A stretch of 64,000 bases of DNA, taken from positions 55,537-119,536 of the IMG/VR virus record IMGVR_UViG_3300044940_000489, one strand, 5' to 3'. The stretch comes from a virus. The translations under genes and the position numbers were made by a program. The notes below the pieces were generated by a model. The model ran no database searches and was not told where the DNA came from. It worked only from the letters and a program-made list of their open reading frames with translations. Each line of letters opens with the position of its first letter. The stretch's first letter is position 1. Shown piece by piece: positions 18,215 to 27,377 of this stretch.

Positions 18215-18232
18215 AGTAAGTTATTTTACTAA
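18215..18232 (-). promoter_or_regulatory. Candidate late promoter, copy 2 (TTAG-N6-AACTTACT)
   Basis: Shared motif upstream of the scaffold/capsid operon. Confidence 0.5.
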
Positions 18233-18245
18233 ATAGCCAATATTA

Positions 18246-19187
18246 TTATTGTTTTTTAAATTTTAAGTAAAAAGCTTCGGCCTCTTGTTCGTACTTGGCC
18301 AAATACCTCTTTTTTAAGGCCTCTAGGATTTTATCCAAGTCCTTATCATTCGCCCCGGGCAAAGCCTTCTTAAGCTCTGCTCGTGTAGGCATTTTGCGGA
18401 ACATTTTAGTTAGCCTGCCCAGCTCAGATTCGCCTTGTAGGGCCGATCCCTGAGTTAGGCTGCTGGGCGCTGCATTTGCCCCGCCAGCAGTCAGAGTCTT
18501 TTTTAGCTTGGCATGTGCTTCAGCCAATCTATCTATCCGACTCATACTTCCCTGCAATACGAATTGCATATCAATAGATTTGTAAAGAGGCTCTATGACT
18601 CCCTCGGCAGCCTCATGTTTTGCCATTGGCTTGGGGGCTCCTGGAGCAGAGTGATCCTCTACTATATCCATTGTAGCGGTTCTATTGCATGGCTTTATAG
18701 TAGCAGCCATTCCGCGAATAATAGTTTTCTTTAAGATATTGCCGTCCCTTTTAAGGGTACTGCCCTCAACACTTAGGCCCAGTCTGAACGGTGCGTCGGA
18801 ACGATTAAGTGCCCTAGCAATACTGGCGGCGGCCCTAGCGTTATCATGCGCATCTGGTCCATCCCAAATTTCTAGCTTTCCATAAATAAGGGGTCGCTGA
18901 ATTTTGGACCAGGCCTTAAGTTCCCTTTCGTTGGCGCAGTCTTCTTTAGAGAAGATCTTTTTTGCGTCAAGCACCCTGCCTATGATGGATGAGAACCCCT
19001 TTGCATGATCTGGCGTATCGGCTTTCTCAATGTCTTTTGGAGAAATATGCTCAGTATTAACTAAGGCCTTTCCGGACTTAAGCTCTGATATATCTGCACC
19101 CGAAATATCAAGAATTTCCCCAGAAGTATCGGGCACTTCCGATCCAAATACACCTTCTAGGATAAGGTTTTTCTTAAGAGAAGACAT
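18246..19187 (-). CDS. Prohead protease
   Basis: EG.FGSE..DTSGE, VNTEH, IIGRV, LGLSVEG, A.T.KPCN: HK97/U35-like maturation protease pattern. Confidence 0.8.
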   Translation of the reverse strand: MSSLKKNLILEGVFGSEVPDTSGEILDISGADISELKSGKALVNTEHISPKDIEKADTPDHAKGFSSIIGRVLDAKKIFSKEDCANERELKAWSKIQRPLIYGKLEIWDGPDAHDNARAAASIARALNRSDAPFRLGLSVEGSTLKRDGNILKKTIIRGMAATIKPCNRTATMDIVEDHSAPGAPKPMAKHEAAEGVIEPLYKSIDMQFVLQGSMSRIDRLAEAHAKLKKTLTAGGANAAPSSLTQGSALQGESELGRLTKMFRKMPTRAELKKALPGANDKDLDKILEALKKRYLAKYEQEAEAFYLKFKKQ

Positions 19188-19196
19188 ATTTAATAT

Positions 19197-19214
19197 ATTA
19201 GGTTTTAGGCTTAA
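19197..19214 (-). promoter_or_regulatory. Candidate late promoter, copy 3 (TTAA-N6-AACCTAAT)
   Basis: 9 nt upstream of the protease ATG, with no SD. Confidence 0.55.
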
Positions 19215-19251
19215 GTCATTGTATTTATTGTATTATTTTGATATTTTGAAT

Positions 19252-19303
19252 AAAAAACTAGACTTTATTATTTTTTTACGAGATACTGGCTTTAACAAGG
19301 GGG
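19252..19303 (+). promoter_or_regulatory. Duplicated promoter+RBS cassette, copy A (TAGACT-17-GATACT...AAGGGGG)
   Basis: Near-identical to 20144-20195. Confidence 0.7.
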
Positions 19304-19304
19304 T

Positions 19305-19586
19305 ATGCATATGATGCACGAAATAAAAATAAACGAAACAACTAACCTTATTGATGTTGTTAGCTACAAAACCGACCTTGTTAATGAAAAGATTGTTCGA
19401 GTAGTATTGAATGAATCTAACGGCATGACTAAGCAGCAAGCAGTGACCTACATGATGGCGCTTGGCATTAATTCTTTAGAAATCGCCTTGGCTCTGGATG
19501 AGATGGAGCACAACGGACATAATGTGGCAAGCTTCGGTGCTCAGGGTAACTTTGTGTTTTCTGCGTTTGAAGGTTTTAGGAACTAA
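19305..19586 (+). CDS. Hypothetical protein
   Basis: Directly behind promoter/RBS cassette A. Confidence 0.6.
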   Translation: MHMMHEIKINETTNLIDVVSYKTDLVNEKIVRVVLNESNGMTKQQAVTYMMALGINSLEIALALDEMEHNGHNVASFGAQGNFVFSAFEGFRN

Positions 19587-19587
19587 T

Positions 19588-19875
19588 ATGTCTAAGGTTA
19601 TTAAGCTTTTTAGTAATAATATCTATGATTTCGCCCAAGCAAATAAGCTGTCATTGGTATGCCGATGGAATGCCGATACTTTGACCTGGGAAGCCGCGTT
19701 TGATAGATGTTTGCTCAAAACGCCTGATACCGGCGCCTACTTGAGCGGCAAGATTGGACTTGGCAAAACGGCACATGAGGCTATCAGTGAGTACTGGAAT
19801 ATTATAAATGGGAATACATTAGTGCTAGAGCCATTTGGCGGCAGCAAAAGAAGAAAAGAAATACCGGTTATTTAG
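19588..19875 (+). CDS. Hypothetical protein
   Basis: Start re-called at MSKV right after the previous stop. Confidence 0.55.
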   Translation: MSKVIKLFSNNIYDFAQANKLSLVCRWNADTLTWEAAFDRCLLKTPDTGAYLSGKIGLGKTAHEAISEYWNIINGNTLVLEPFGGSKRRKEIPVI

Positions 19876-19884
19876 GAGAGAAAT

Positions 19885-20145
19885 GTGGTGAAAAATTATA
19901 AGTATATAGTCGAGTTTCCAAAAAGTTTTGAGGCTAACACATTAGATGAGATTATAGAAAGAACTGGGTGGAGCAAGGGTACAATACAGAGAATTTTGAA
20001 TGGCAATTCCAGGATTCCTGTCGAAATTAGAAGATCCGGAAAACCTAGCAGCATTATGAATAAATTTAGGGCCAAAAACACAAAAACACCTAATGATGAG
20101 CTACCTTTGGGGTCTGGCAATATCAAAACGATACGGGAAGATTAA
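19885..20145 (+). CDS. Small HTH DNA-binding protein
   Basis: TLDEIIERTGWSKGTIQRILNG helix-turn-helix; AGGAG RBS. Confidence 0.65.
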   Translation: MVKNYKYIVEFPKSFEANTLDEIIERTGWSKGTIQRILNGNSRIPVEIRRSGKPSSIMNKFRAKNTKTPNDELPLGSGNIKTIRED

Positions 20146-20195
20146 AAAACTAGACTTTATTATTTTTGTGCGAGATACTTGTTTTAACAAGGGGG
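20144..20195 (+). promoter_or_regulatory. Duplicated promoter+RBS cassette, copy B
   Basis: AAAAAACTAGACTTTATTATTTTT...CGAGATACT...TTTAACAAGGGGG. Confidence 0.7.
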
Positions 20196-20199
20196 ATGT

Positions 20200-20487
20200 A
20201 TGGGATTGATATTTGGTAGCAGAAAGAAACTGATTGTTACACTGGCAGCACTCGTTCCTGCCGCTGCAATTGTTGATATGCTTCTTTTGAAATTGTTATT
20301 TGGTGAAGGGGTCGATAATTTTGCTAATGGCGTAATTATCGCTGGAGCTGTATTGGCAGTAGTAAATTCTACTGTATTGGGCATTATGAATCTAGTCGAG
20401 GCGAAGCGAGATGCGGATGCAATTAAAAGAGCTATGGAGCAGTCTTTTGAGGAAGACTACGAGTCGGATTCCGAGGAGACGGCCTAA
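20200..20487 (+). CDS. Two-TM membrane protein with acidic tail
   Basis: Two hydrophobic segments; behind cassette B. Confidence 0.6.
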   Translation: MGLIFGSRKKLIVTLAALVPAAAIVDMLLLKLLFGEGVDNFANGVIIAGAVLAVVNSTVLGIMNLVEAKRDADAIKRAMEQSFEEDYESDSEETA

Positions 20488-22322
20488 CGGTCTCCTCTTT
20501 GCTTTTTATACTCGTCGTAATCCTTACCTTTATATACAATTTTACTGCCTTCAAATCCGAATCCTGGCATTAAGACGGTTAGAATATCGCGACAATTGCT
20601 GGAAACAATGCCACGAGCCACAAAAGATGCGTCCTCTTCTACGGTTAGGCAATAGACTCTTCCATTGTTTCTAGTTCGGCCATATTTTATGGACAGTATT
20701 TTTGTTTCTTGAAATGAATATATTCCATCGTGATTGTTCAGTATATTTTGTATATCGGCAATAACTCTATCTTTTTTAATGTCCGAAGATTTTTTAAAGC
20801 CGTACCTTAATACGGACCAGCCTTGATTTTTAAGCCATGAGTCCCTGGCTTGATCTTTTGCTATCCTGTCTCCTTCATGGTATTTGCCATCTATCTCAAT
20901 TGCTATTTTATCCTCTACTAATGCTATATCTATGCAGTATCTGCCGACTTGATATTCCATTTCAACAGTTTTCTGTCTATAAAAATCTTTAATCCAAGAA
21001 TATACGTAACGCTGCTTTTTTGATATGCGAGTTGAGGCAGAGGCCTGCATCATCTGCGGCAATCTAGATATTAGTTTATCTCTTTGTTGCGCCCTTCTCT
21101 CTTCATTCCAATACTGTGACGCAAAATAAGACCTGGCACCATTTTCATATGCTTTTAAAATGCCCTGAGAGCAATTTGCCGCCCGAATACTTTTCTGTTC
21201 TATGGATAGCGTATCGTGGTAATGCTTGACTTGGGCACGCATCAGTTCATTGAAGCATGCCTGAGAGCATGTTTTGGACATTTCAAAGCCTACGGAATGC
21301 TTGAATTTGGTTTGCTTTCCACAAACCACACACGGATAATTCAACTGAATAAATTTATCTTCTTCCGTTAAATCTTTTGCTTCTATCCAGCCTCTCTGGG
21401 TTAAAAATTTATGGTCGGGAGTGACATGGTGTGCAAATCTTCTGCCATTATACTCATAATGAATTATCATGTTTTTTTTGTTGGTATATGGCTCATTAAT
21501 AACGCCCACAACTTTTTTAAATTTACCTGTATGCGTTAGTACCTTTTCTCCAACTTTAACATTTTTAATTGCCTTCCAGCCTGTCTCGGTTAAAACTGGC
21601 ATGCGCCCCTCTGTAAAACAATTGGGATGGGTCGGGCTTACGCTAGCATCTGGATTTTTCCAGTGTCCGGGACTGCCCGAAAGTTCACTCATCTTGTAGA
21701 CTTTAGGCGTAATTTTGTCTGGCATTGTCCAAAGGCGCCAGCAGATCCGGCAACGCTTTTCATCGAGTACGCCAATCTTAAAAACGACAGGGTCGTCGAT
21801 GCCAACCGATTTAGCTGCACCCAAAATGCCATCGAACGCACCTATATTTTGTGCATTATGAAGTTCATGGGTGACCAGAACGTCTGCAGCCTTCTTAATC
21901 TTGTCTCTTTGATCCTTTAATTCTTTTGAGATAGAAGCTAGGATCTTTTGTCCCTCTGGCTGCCTAATGTAATCTTCTGGCTTCTGATTCTTTATCTTAG
22001 CTTCTACGGTCAAATTGTCGATTTTTTCGCCAACAATCCTAGTAGTGTCTGCTATTGCTTTTTGCTCTAGGGCATCTATATACTTTTCTGCAATATCCTT
22101 AAGCTTGCTAATAGACTTATCATCTGGCCGCCCAGGCTTTATATCATTAACTGTATTGGCATGAGAATACAGATGCCCTATTGTAGTATTGGGATCAAAG
22201 TTCTTTAATAAAAACAAGAACTGAGTGGAAACTTTATCTGGTCCCAAAAGATGCATCTTAAGGGACGAGAACGTCTTCTTTATATTATCTTCTATTATTT
22301 TTTGTAGCTGCTTAGTCAGCAC
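20484..22322 (-). CDS. MuF/SPP1-gp7-like head morphogenesis protein containing an intein
   Basis: CRIC and THPN|CRD extein motifs; directly downstream of the portal. Confidence 0.8.
   Translation of the reverse strand: MLTKQLQKIIEDNIKKTFSSLKMHLLGPDKVSTQFLFLLKNFDPNTTIGHLYSHANTVNDIKPGRPDDKSISKLKDIAEKYIDALEQKAIADTTRIVGEKIDNLTVEAKIKNQKPEDYIRQPEGQKILASISKELKDQRDKIKKAADVLVTHELHNAQNIGAFDGILGAAKSVGIDDPVVFKIGVLDEKRCRICWRLWTMPDKITPKVYKMSELSGSPGHWKNPDASVSPTHPNCFTEGRMPVLTETGWKAIKNVKVGEKVLTHTGKFKKVVGVINEPYTNKKNMIIHYEYNGRRFAHHVTPDHKFLTQRGWIEAKDLTEEDKFIQLNYPCVVCGKQTKFKHSVGFEMSKTCSQACFNELMRAQVKHYHDTLSIEQKSIRAANCSQGILKAYENGARSYFASQYWNEERRAQQRDKLISRLPQMMQASASTRISKKQRYVYSWIKDFYRQKTVEMEYQVGRYCIDIALVEDKIAIEIDGKYHEGDRIAKDQARDSWLKNQGWSVLRYGFKKSSDIKKDRVIADIQNILNNHDGIYSFQETKILSIKYGRTRNNGRVYCLTVEEDASFVARGIVSSNCRDILTVLMPGFGFEGSKIVYKGKDYDEYKKQRGDR
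20595..21620 (-). mobile_element. Intein (342 aa) with DUF559/Vsr-like endonuclease
   Basis: Starts CFTEG..VLTETGW..IK.VKVGE.VLTHTG; block B VTPDHKFLT; EYQVGRYCIDIA...IAIEIDG.YH; ends VYCLTVEEDASF.A.GIVSSN|C. Confidence 0.9.
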
Positions 22323-22331
22323 AGATCGCTC

Positions 22332-24416
22332 CTAGTGGTTGTGACCTTCGTGCGGGTCCTTGCCTGTCAGAGCTTCTTCGATAGAATTAATCATGTCTTT
22401 CGACTGTTCGTCAAGTTCCTTAAGAATTTTAGCCTTAGCCAGCTTATGCTTTTTCAGCAGCTCTTTTCTTGTGACTGGCAACTTGGACTCTGACTTATTC
22501 AGACTTTCGCCCAGCTGTGCTATTGCAGAATCTAGATCTGATGACTCGTTTTCTTCTTGCTCTGGCTGCTGCTCTTGCTGCTGGGCACCTTGTTCTGGCT
22601 GTTGGGCCCCTTGCTGTTGCTGAAGTGCCGCCTGCTGCTGCATAGTAGCTTGTTGCATTTCGGCTTGCTTTTTCATGATGAAAACTTGAATGCTTGTTTG
22701 ATCGCCCATGCAATATGCAAGTTCTGGGTCCTGGTCGGCAGCTTTAAATTGTTCGCCGCCGAAAGCTTTTAAGATCTGGCCCTTAGTGTAATATTTTTCA
22801 AGAACCTGCAAATAAGCAGGATTCATTGGGAACTGGCCAGCCAATGGAACCGCGTCTTTTTCAACCCTCTCCATGATATCGTTCATGGAAAGATAGAGGG
22901 CCTGGTCCTGCTGAAGTCTAGTTGCTTCCTTTTCTGGAGAATCAGCGTCCAGCCCCTCTAAATCAATTCTTAGATATTTTGACCACTGTTCGTTAATTTT
23001 TGGCAAAAGACGCTCATTGAAAAAGTCTTCATAGAGCATAAGAAGCGGCCTTAGCCCAATGTCTCGGGCGGCCATAAGCTTCCACTCATTGTTGGATTCA
23101 GATAGAGACTGGCTATTGGTTCCGCGTGAAAGGTATGAAAGAGCCGCGACTTCGTCAGGAGACATCTGGTAGGCAGCGAAAATCATACGTTTATTCAAGT
23201 CGGCAAGGTACTGGAATTCCATATCCCTATTGCCGCCGTCTAGTGGCTGGATTTCTAGAGCATCGTCTACTCCCATTCCAAACACCGGAACACGCCATGC
23301 AGAGTTGACTGAATTTATATGGGCCTGCATTTGCAATTTAATATTGTCAATATCTTGCTTGCTCAAATCATTTGATTTAAAGATCATTACGTTTCTGGCA
23401 GCTCTGCCATTAACGAAATACATCTTATTATGAGAAGTTAAATTGATGTGGGTTGTAACGGCGGACAATATGCGCTCTACTGGGGATACTGGATATCCAT
23501 TTCGATTGATATCCGTAGAGGGATTCATATTCATAACTACAAGTTCTTCATCTGTAAAAACTTGTCGCGGAATTCCATCAATTACCTGAACCCAAGAATA
23601 TTCGTCTCTACTAAAACGGTCAACATCGACCAGAAGATTGCCCTCACCTTTAATTTTTTGTAAAAGTGCTCGGGCTTCTTTTCTAATATTAAGGGCTTCA
23701 GCAGACTCCCCGCGCTGCTTTTGAACTTGATGAATAGTAAGTGCATCGACTGATCGCCAACTGTGGAAGTCGCCTTTTCCGTCTTTTCGGATTTCTGCTG
23801 CGAATGAGCCGCCAAGCAATGCATCTTCGATTGTTGACATCAAGAATTGACCCAGCCCCTGTCGCTCCGTGTCTTTGAGACCATCTGTGCGGCCACAATT
23901 AACCATAAGCTCTCTTAGGGCCGGTATGGCTTCTTTTTTAAGTTCTTCAATTTGCTCTTTAGTAAGTTGTCGGACTGCTTCTGGCTTAATATTAACTGCA
24001 AATCCAACATCAAAGCGATTGGCTCTTGGCCGTGAAAACATTAGCATTTGGCGGGCCCGAACTGGCAATATAACGCCGCCAATCAATTCTTCGGTGTCCC
24101 TTAGCCTCTTGAGAATGTCTACAGGTATAAGATTTTGTCTTCTTCTGAAGATAGAGGAGAGATTCCCCTCTTGCTTATTGGGATCTACATCAAAACTAAG
24201 CTGCTGGGCGCTTTCAATGTCTCTAGATTTTTTTAGAACCTCTAGAATTGAAGCGATAGTATCACCGCCACCGTTTTGACGGATAGGCATCATAGTAATG
24301 AGTCCAGCTTTAATGCCGTCAGCGGATTCAGTTTTTTGTAAGTTTTCTTTCAGCAAGTCCTGAACTGCTTCGCGAATCAGTTCTGCTGAGATATCTTTTT
24401 TATTATTTTCAGACAT
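22332..24416 (-). CDS. Portal protein
   Basis: GYPVSPVE, N.MYF.NG, DMEFQ, AYQMSPDE and GLRPLL motifs; Gln-rich C-terminal linker. Confidence 0.85.
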   Translation of the reverse strand: MSENNKKDISAELIREAVQDLLKENLQKTESADGIKAGLITMMPIRQNGGGDTIASILEVLKKSRDIESAQQLSFDVDPNKQEGNLSSIFRRRQNLIPVDILKRLRDTEELIGGVILPVRARQMLMFSRPRANRFDVGFAVNIKPEAVRQLTKEQIEELKKEAIPALRELMVNCGRTDGLKDTERQGLGQFLMSTIEDALLGGSFAAEIRKDGKGDFHSWRSVDALTIHQVQKQRGESAEALNIRKEARALLQKIKGEGNLLVDVDRFSRDEYSWVQVIDGIPRQVFTDEELVVMNMNPSTDINRNGYPVSPVERILSAVTTHINLTSHNKMYFVNGRAARNVMIFKSNDLSKQDIDNIKLQMQAHINSVNSAWRVPVFGMGVDDALEIQPLDGGNRDMEFQYLADLNKRMIFAAYQMSPDEVAALSYLSRGTNSQSLSESNNEWKLMAARDIGLRPLLMLYEDFFNERLLPKINEQWSKYLRIDLEGLDADSPEKEATRLQQDQALYLSMNDIMERVEKDAVPLAGQFPMNPAYLQVLEKYYTKGQILKAFGGEQFKAADQDPELAYCMGDQTSIQVFIMKKQAEMQQATMQQQAALQQQQGAQQPEQGAQQQEQQPEQEENESSDLDSAIAQLGESLNKSESKLPVTRKELLKKHKLAKAKILKELDEQSKDMINSIEEALTGKDPHEGHNH

Positions 24417-24441
24417 ACCTATTCCATATTAGAATAGCAGG

Positions 24442-25437
24442 TTATTCAGCTGAGGCAACTAATACTTTAAGTGAGGAAAGCGACAGATTTTTAATAACTA
24501 GACTAAAAGCAGAGCCCTGCTTTAATAAAAGCGCCGGCTTTTCTGGATTACCAATGACTTCGGGCTCGATCTCGCTGAGGTCTCCTATATCGCCATTAAA
24601 TCTAGCCGCACACTTATCTTGGGCAGCAATTAAAACAAATTTTTTCGCAGATGAGTAGAAAACAAGTCCAGAGACTCCGGGCGTGACGGACGTTTCTAGT
24701 GGAATCCCATTAGGTGCAGCGACTGAGATCTCGAACCAAGAGGGCGTAACCTCTGTGATAGAGTAAGTCCCAAACACTGATGAGGAGAATCCTGCGCTAA
24801 TTTTAACTTTATCGCCGACCTGTATTTGATTGCCAACGGTTCCATTGCTATACACCAGAAAATCAGAGGCTGTGTTCACGGTAAAAGTCTGTGCAACAGC
24901 GTTTAGATTTTGATATGTCAAAGAAGTAGCAGTTTTTGAAAGTATCGTAAACTTCCCTCTATTTGCGATAGATGCTCCGGAAAGTGGAAGTAGATTCAAA
25001 ATGTCGCCAACTTGTACCGATGTGGTATCGATTGGAGTGCCTCCAGTATTGGTAAGAGTTGCTATCGGGCCGTTAACTGTGATTGCAAAGACAGAGGTAT
25101 TATCAATGCCAATAGCCCTATCATTTCTAAAAACCGGATTTGTTCCAGAGACGTATGTAAATCTATAAATATTTTTATTGGGGTCAGGCTTTGAGCTAGT
25201 AAAGGCCGTATCCGAAGCTATCGCGGTAGTGCGAGTTCCATCAAAAACTGTAACTGTGGCGCTAGGTGGAATCAGGAAGGACTCGGAAATTGCTTCTTGT
25301 ACCGGCAAACCTGCGACCTTGTATTGCAAGTCAAAATTGCGAACCAATGGATTGTTAGAGGCGTTTAAGTCCTCGTAAGCAATTGAATTTACTTGAAGAT
25401 TTAGCTTGCCCAAAATAAACTCCTCATTTTTAAACAC
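24442..25437 (-). CDS. Beta-rich virion structural protein
   Basis: T/S/G/V-rich with two VGD repeats; lies between terminase and portal. Confidence 0.55.
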   Translation of the reverse strand: MFKNEEFILGKLNLQVNSIAYEDLNASNNPLVRNFDLQYKVAGLPVQEAISESFLIPPSATVTVFDGTRTTAIASDTAFTSSKPDPNKNIYRFTYVSGTNPVFRNDRAIGIDNTSVFAITVNGPIATLTNTGGTPIDTTSVQVGDILNLLPLSGASIANRGKFTILSKTATSLTYQNLNAVAQTFTVNTASDFLVYSNGTVGNQIQVGDKVKISAGFSSSVFGTYSITEVTPSWFEISVAAPNGIPLETSVTPGVSGLVFYSSAKKFVLIAAQDKCAARFNGDIGDLSEIEPEVIGNPEKPALLLKQGSAFSLVIKNLSLSSLKVLVASAE

Positions 25438-25443
25438 TTAAAA

Positions 25444-25461
25444 ATTAAGTTTAATAACTAA
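25444..25461 (-). promoter_or_regulatory. Candidate late promoter, copy 4 (TTAG-N6-AACTTAAT)
   Basis: 6 nt upstream of the GTG start. Confidence 0.55.
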
Positions 25462-25487
25462 ATATTTGTAAATACTAAGCTTTTTGA

Positions 25488-27377
25488 TTAATCTATACTC
25501 CAAAATACGCCTTTTCCCTGAGATTCTTGAGTATTTGTTGCGGCAGTGCCCTCATTAAGACTTTGCTTAATTTGATTACTCAGCCACTGCTCTTGCTGCT
25601 TCCTAATCTTTTCGCCTTCTTCTGCGGCCATAGCATGGCGCTGCTGAGCCGTCATGACCCCAAATGGTAATGGCGACGCTGGGGTTTCTCCCGAAATAAG
25701 CCCATTCTTTTTGTCCCATCGATTCTGGGCTGCGTATCTTAAAGCAGAAATACTATCATCAAATATATCATTTACTTTATCAGTCAGGTCGCCAGATCCG
25801 TCGTGCTTAAAATGATATTTTTCAAAGTTTGCAATAAGCGAATCGCATCGTCCCGACACCCCAAACAGTTTTGTTGAGCCAACTGTGGGGGATAGCTTGC
25901 CACGTATTAATGTGATGCCTTTTTCTATATCTTTAGTAAAATTAGTCACAACGGCACAGAACTTGCCACTTGCAATCATTTTGTTCATGGCTGGAGCTTC
26001 TGTATCTGGGAATAGATGCGTAAATTGATATTTTTTATGAAGTCGCTTCACCAATTCTAATACTTCCTGCGGCTCTAGTCCGGCCTCTTCAACACTGGCC
26101 ATAATATATGCATTCTCTCTTGAATCTTCATAAACCACTACTACAGCCGTGGGGTGCGTATATCCATGGTCCAGACCTGCATACTTTTTCACTCCTGCTT
26201 CATTCATTACACGTATTAAATCGTCTTCAGTGAAGCCCTCAGGAGCTTGATTGCCACTGAATATTTCATATATTTCTGCAGGAGTTTTTTCAAATACATC
26301 TCTCTTGAATTTAGGGAATACTTGACCTTCGGCAGATGGAGAAATACTCATACTTTGAGAGAGCCACCATTCAAGGGACGGGGCCTGCTTAAATTGCTGA
26401 ATCACGGACTGTACTGGCCTCATACTTCGGCAAGTGGAGGTTTGTTTCTTAAGATCGCCTGCACACTGGGCCCTTAGCGGACAAGTGTAGCACCCCTTAT
26501 AGGCGCTTACTTTGGTTAGTTTAGATTGCTGCTCAGGATTCAGTTTTTGGTATTCTGACTCAATGTAGGCAGTGTTCTCTAAAGCATCGACATACATTTC
26601 TAGTGGTTCAGTGGTCGAAAGAGAATCCGGGCACCGCCTAGTATTTTCAAAAACTGTCCAAAAACGAAATTCTACTCCTGACTTATCTTTCTTTTCATAC
26701 TCCTGCTCAATGACTGTATATTTGCCTTTTCTTGAGCTAATCCCAAATTTAACCCATGGCTTTCCGTCGTGAGTATAGATAGGAATACCCGATACGTCCT
26801 CATACGCTTTTACCTTATCAGGGGATAGCGAGCCAAGCTCATCCAATGATACGGCAGGCTGATGCGGACCTTGTACTGACATAGGTGAAATTGGCAAAAT
26901 TTCGACCTCTACTTCTTCTTCGTCAATTACAAATACAGTTTTTTCTTGAGTAGGCTTATCTTTTAGGTAGTCCTTAATGTATTTTCTATTAACGAATTTA
27001 GTAAAATACTGATAAGCACGCTTGGCTTGCGCTTTAGTACCACCAAGATGTACTACGCCGCGCTTAAAGTGAAGTGGTAAAAGAATTTGCAGAACAGCGG
27101 CAGAAAGAGTTTTTTGCGAAGATCGTCCGGCAATATAGAATACAGATTTTGGCTCTAGGGCCTCATTATCACAGCAAAACTGATAAATTTCCCATACCAT
27201 ATCTAGAGGATTCGTTGTGGCAAATCTAGATACAGTACAGTCTGCTAGATCTACGTTTAAGAAGAATAGTAGCCAATTCTTAAGATCCTCTCGGGTCTTA
27301 ATGCGTTTTTTAAGCAGTGACCTTATAAACTTGTCTCTTTCCTCATTTGGAAGAAAGTTCAAGGCATTGTCACTCAT
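25488..27377 (-). CDS. terL: Terminase large subunit
   Basis: Walker A-like AGRSSQKT, Walker B VSLDE, nuclease AGLDHGYTHPTA and DDSISALRYA. Confidence 0.85.
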   Translation of the reverse strand: MSDNALNFLPNEERDKFIRSLLKKRIKTREDLKNWLLFFLNVDLADCTVSRFATTNPLDMVWEIYQFCCDNEALEPKSVFYIAGRSSQKTLSAAVLQILLPLHFKRGVVHLGGTKAQAKRAYQYFTKFVNRKYIKDYLKDKPTQEKTVFVIDEEEVEVEILPISPMSVQGPHQPAVSLDELGSLSPDKVKAYEDVSGIPIYTHDGKPWVKFGISSRKGKYTVIEQEYEKKDKSGVEFRFWTVFENTRRCPDSLSTTEPLEMYVDALENTAYIESEYQKLNPEQQSKLTKVSAYKGCYTCPLRAQCAGDLKKQTSTCRSMRPVQSVIQQFKQAPSLEWWLSQSMSISPSAEGQVFPKFKRDVFEKTPAEIYEIFSGNQAPEGFTEDDLIRVMNEAGVKKYAGLDHGYTHPTAVVVVYEDSRENAYIMASVEEAGLEPQEVLELVKRLHKKYQFTHLFPDTEAPAMNKMIASGKFCAVVTNFTKDIEKGITLIRGKLSPTVGSTKLFGVSGRCDSLIANFEKYHFKHDGSGDLTDKVNDIFDDSISALRYAAQNRWDKKNGLISGETPASPLPFGVMTAQQRHAMAAEEGEKIRKQQEQWLSNQIKQSLNEGTAATNTQESQGKGVFWSID

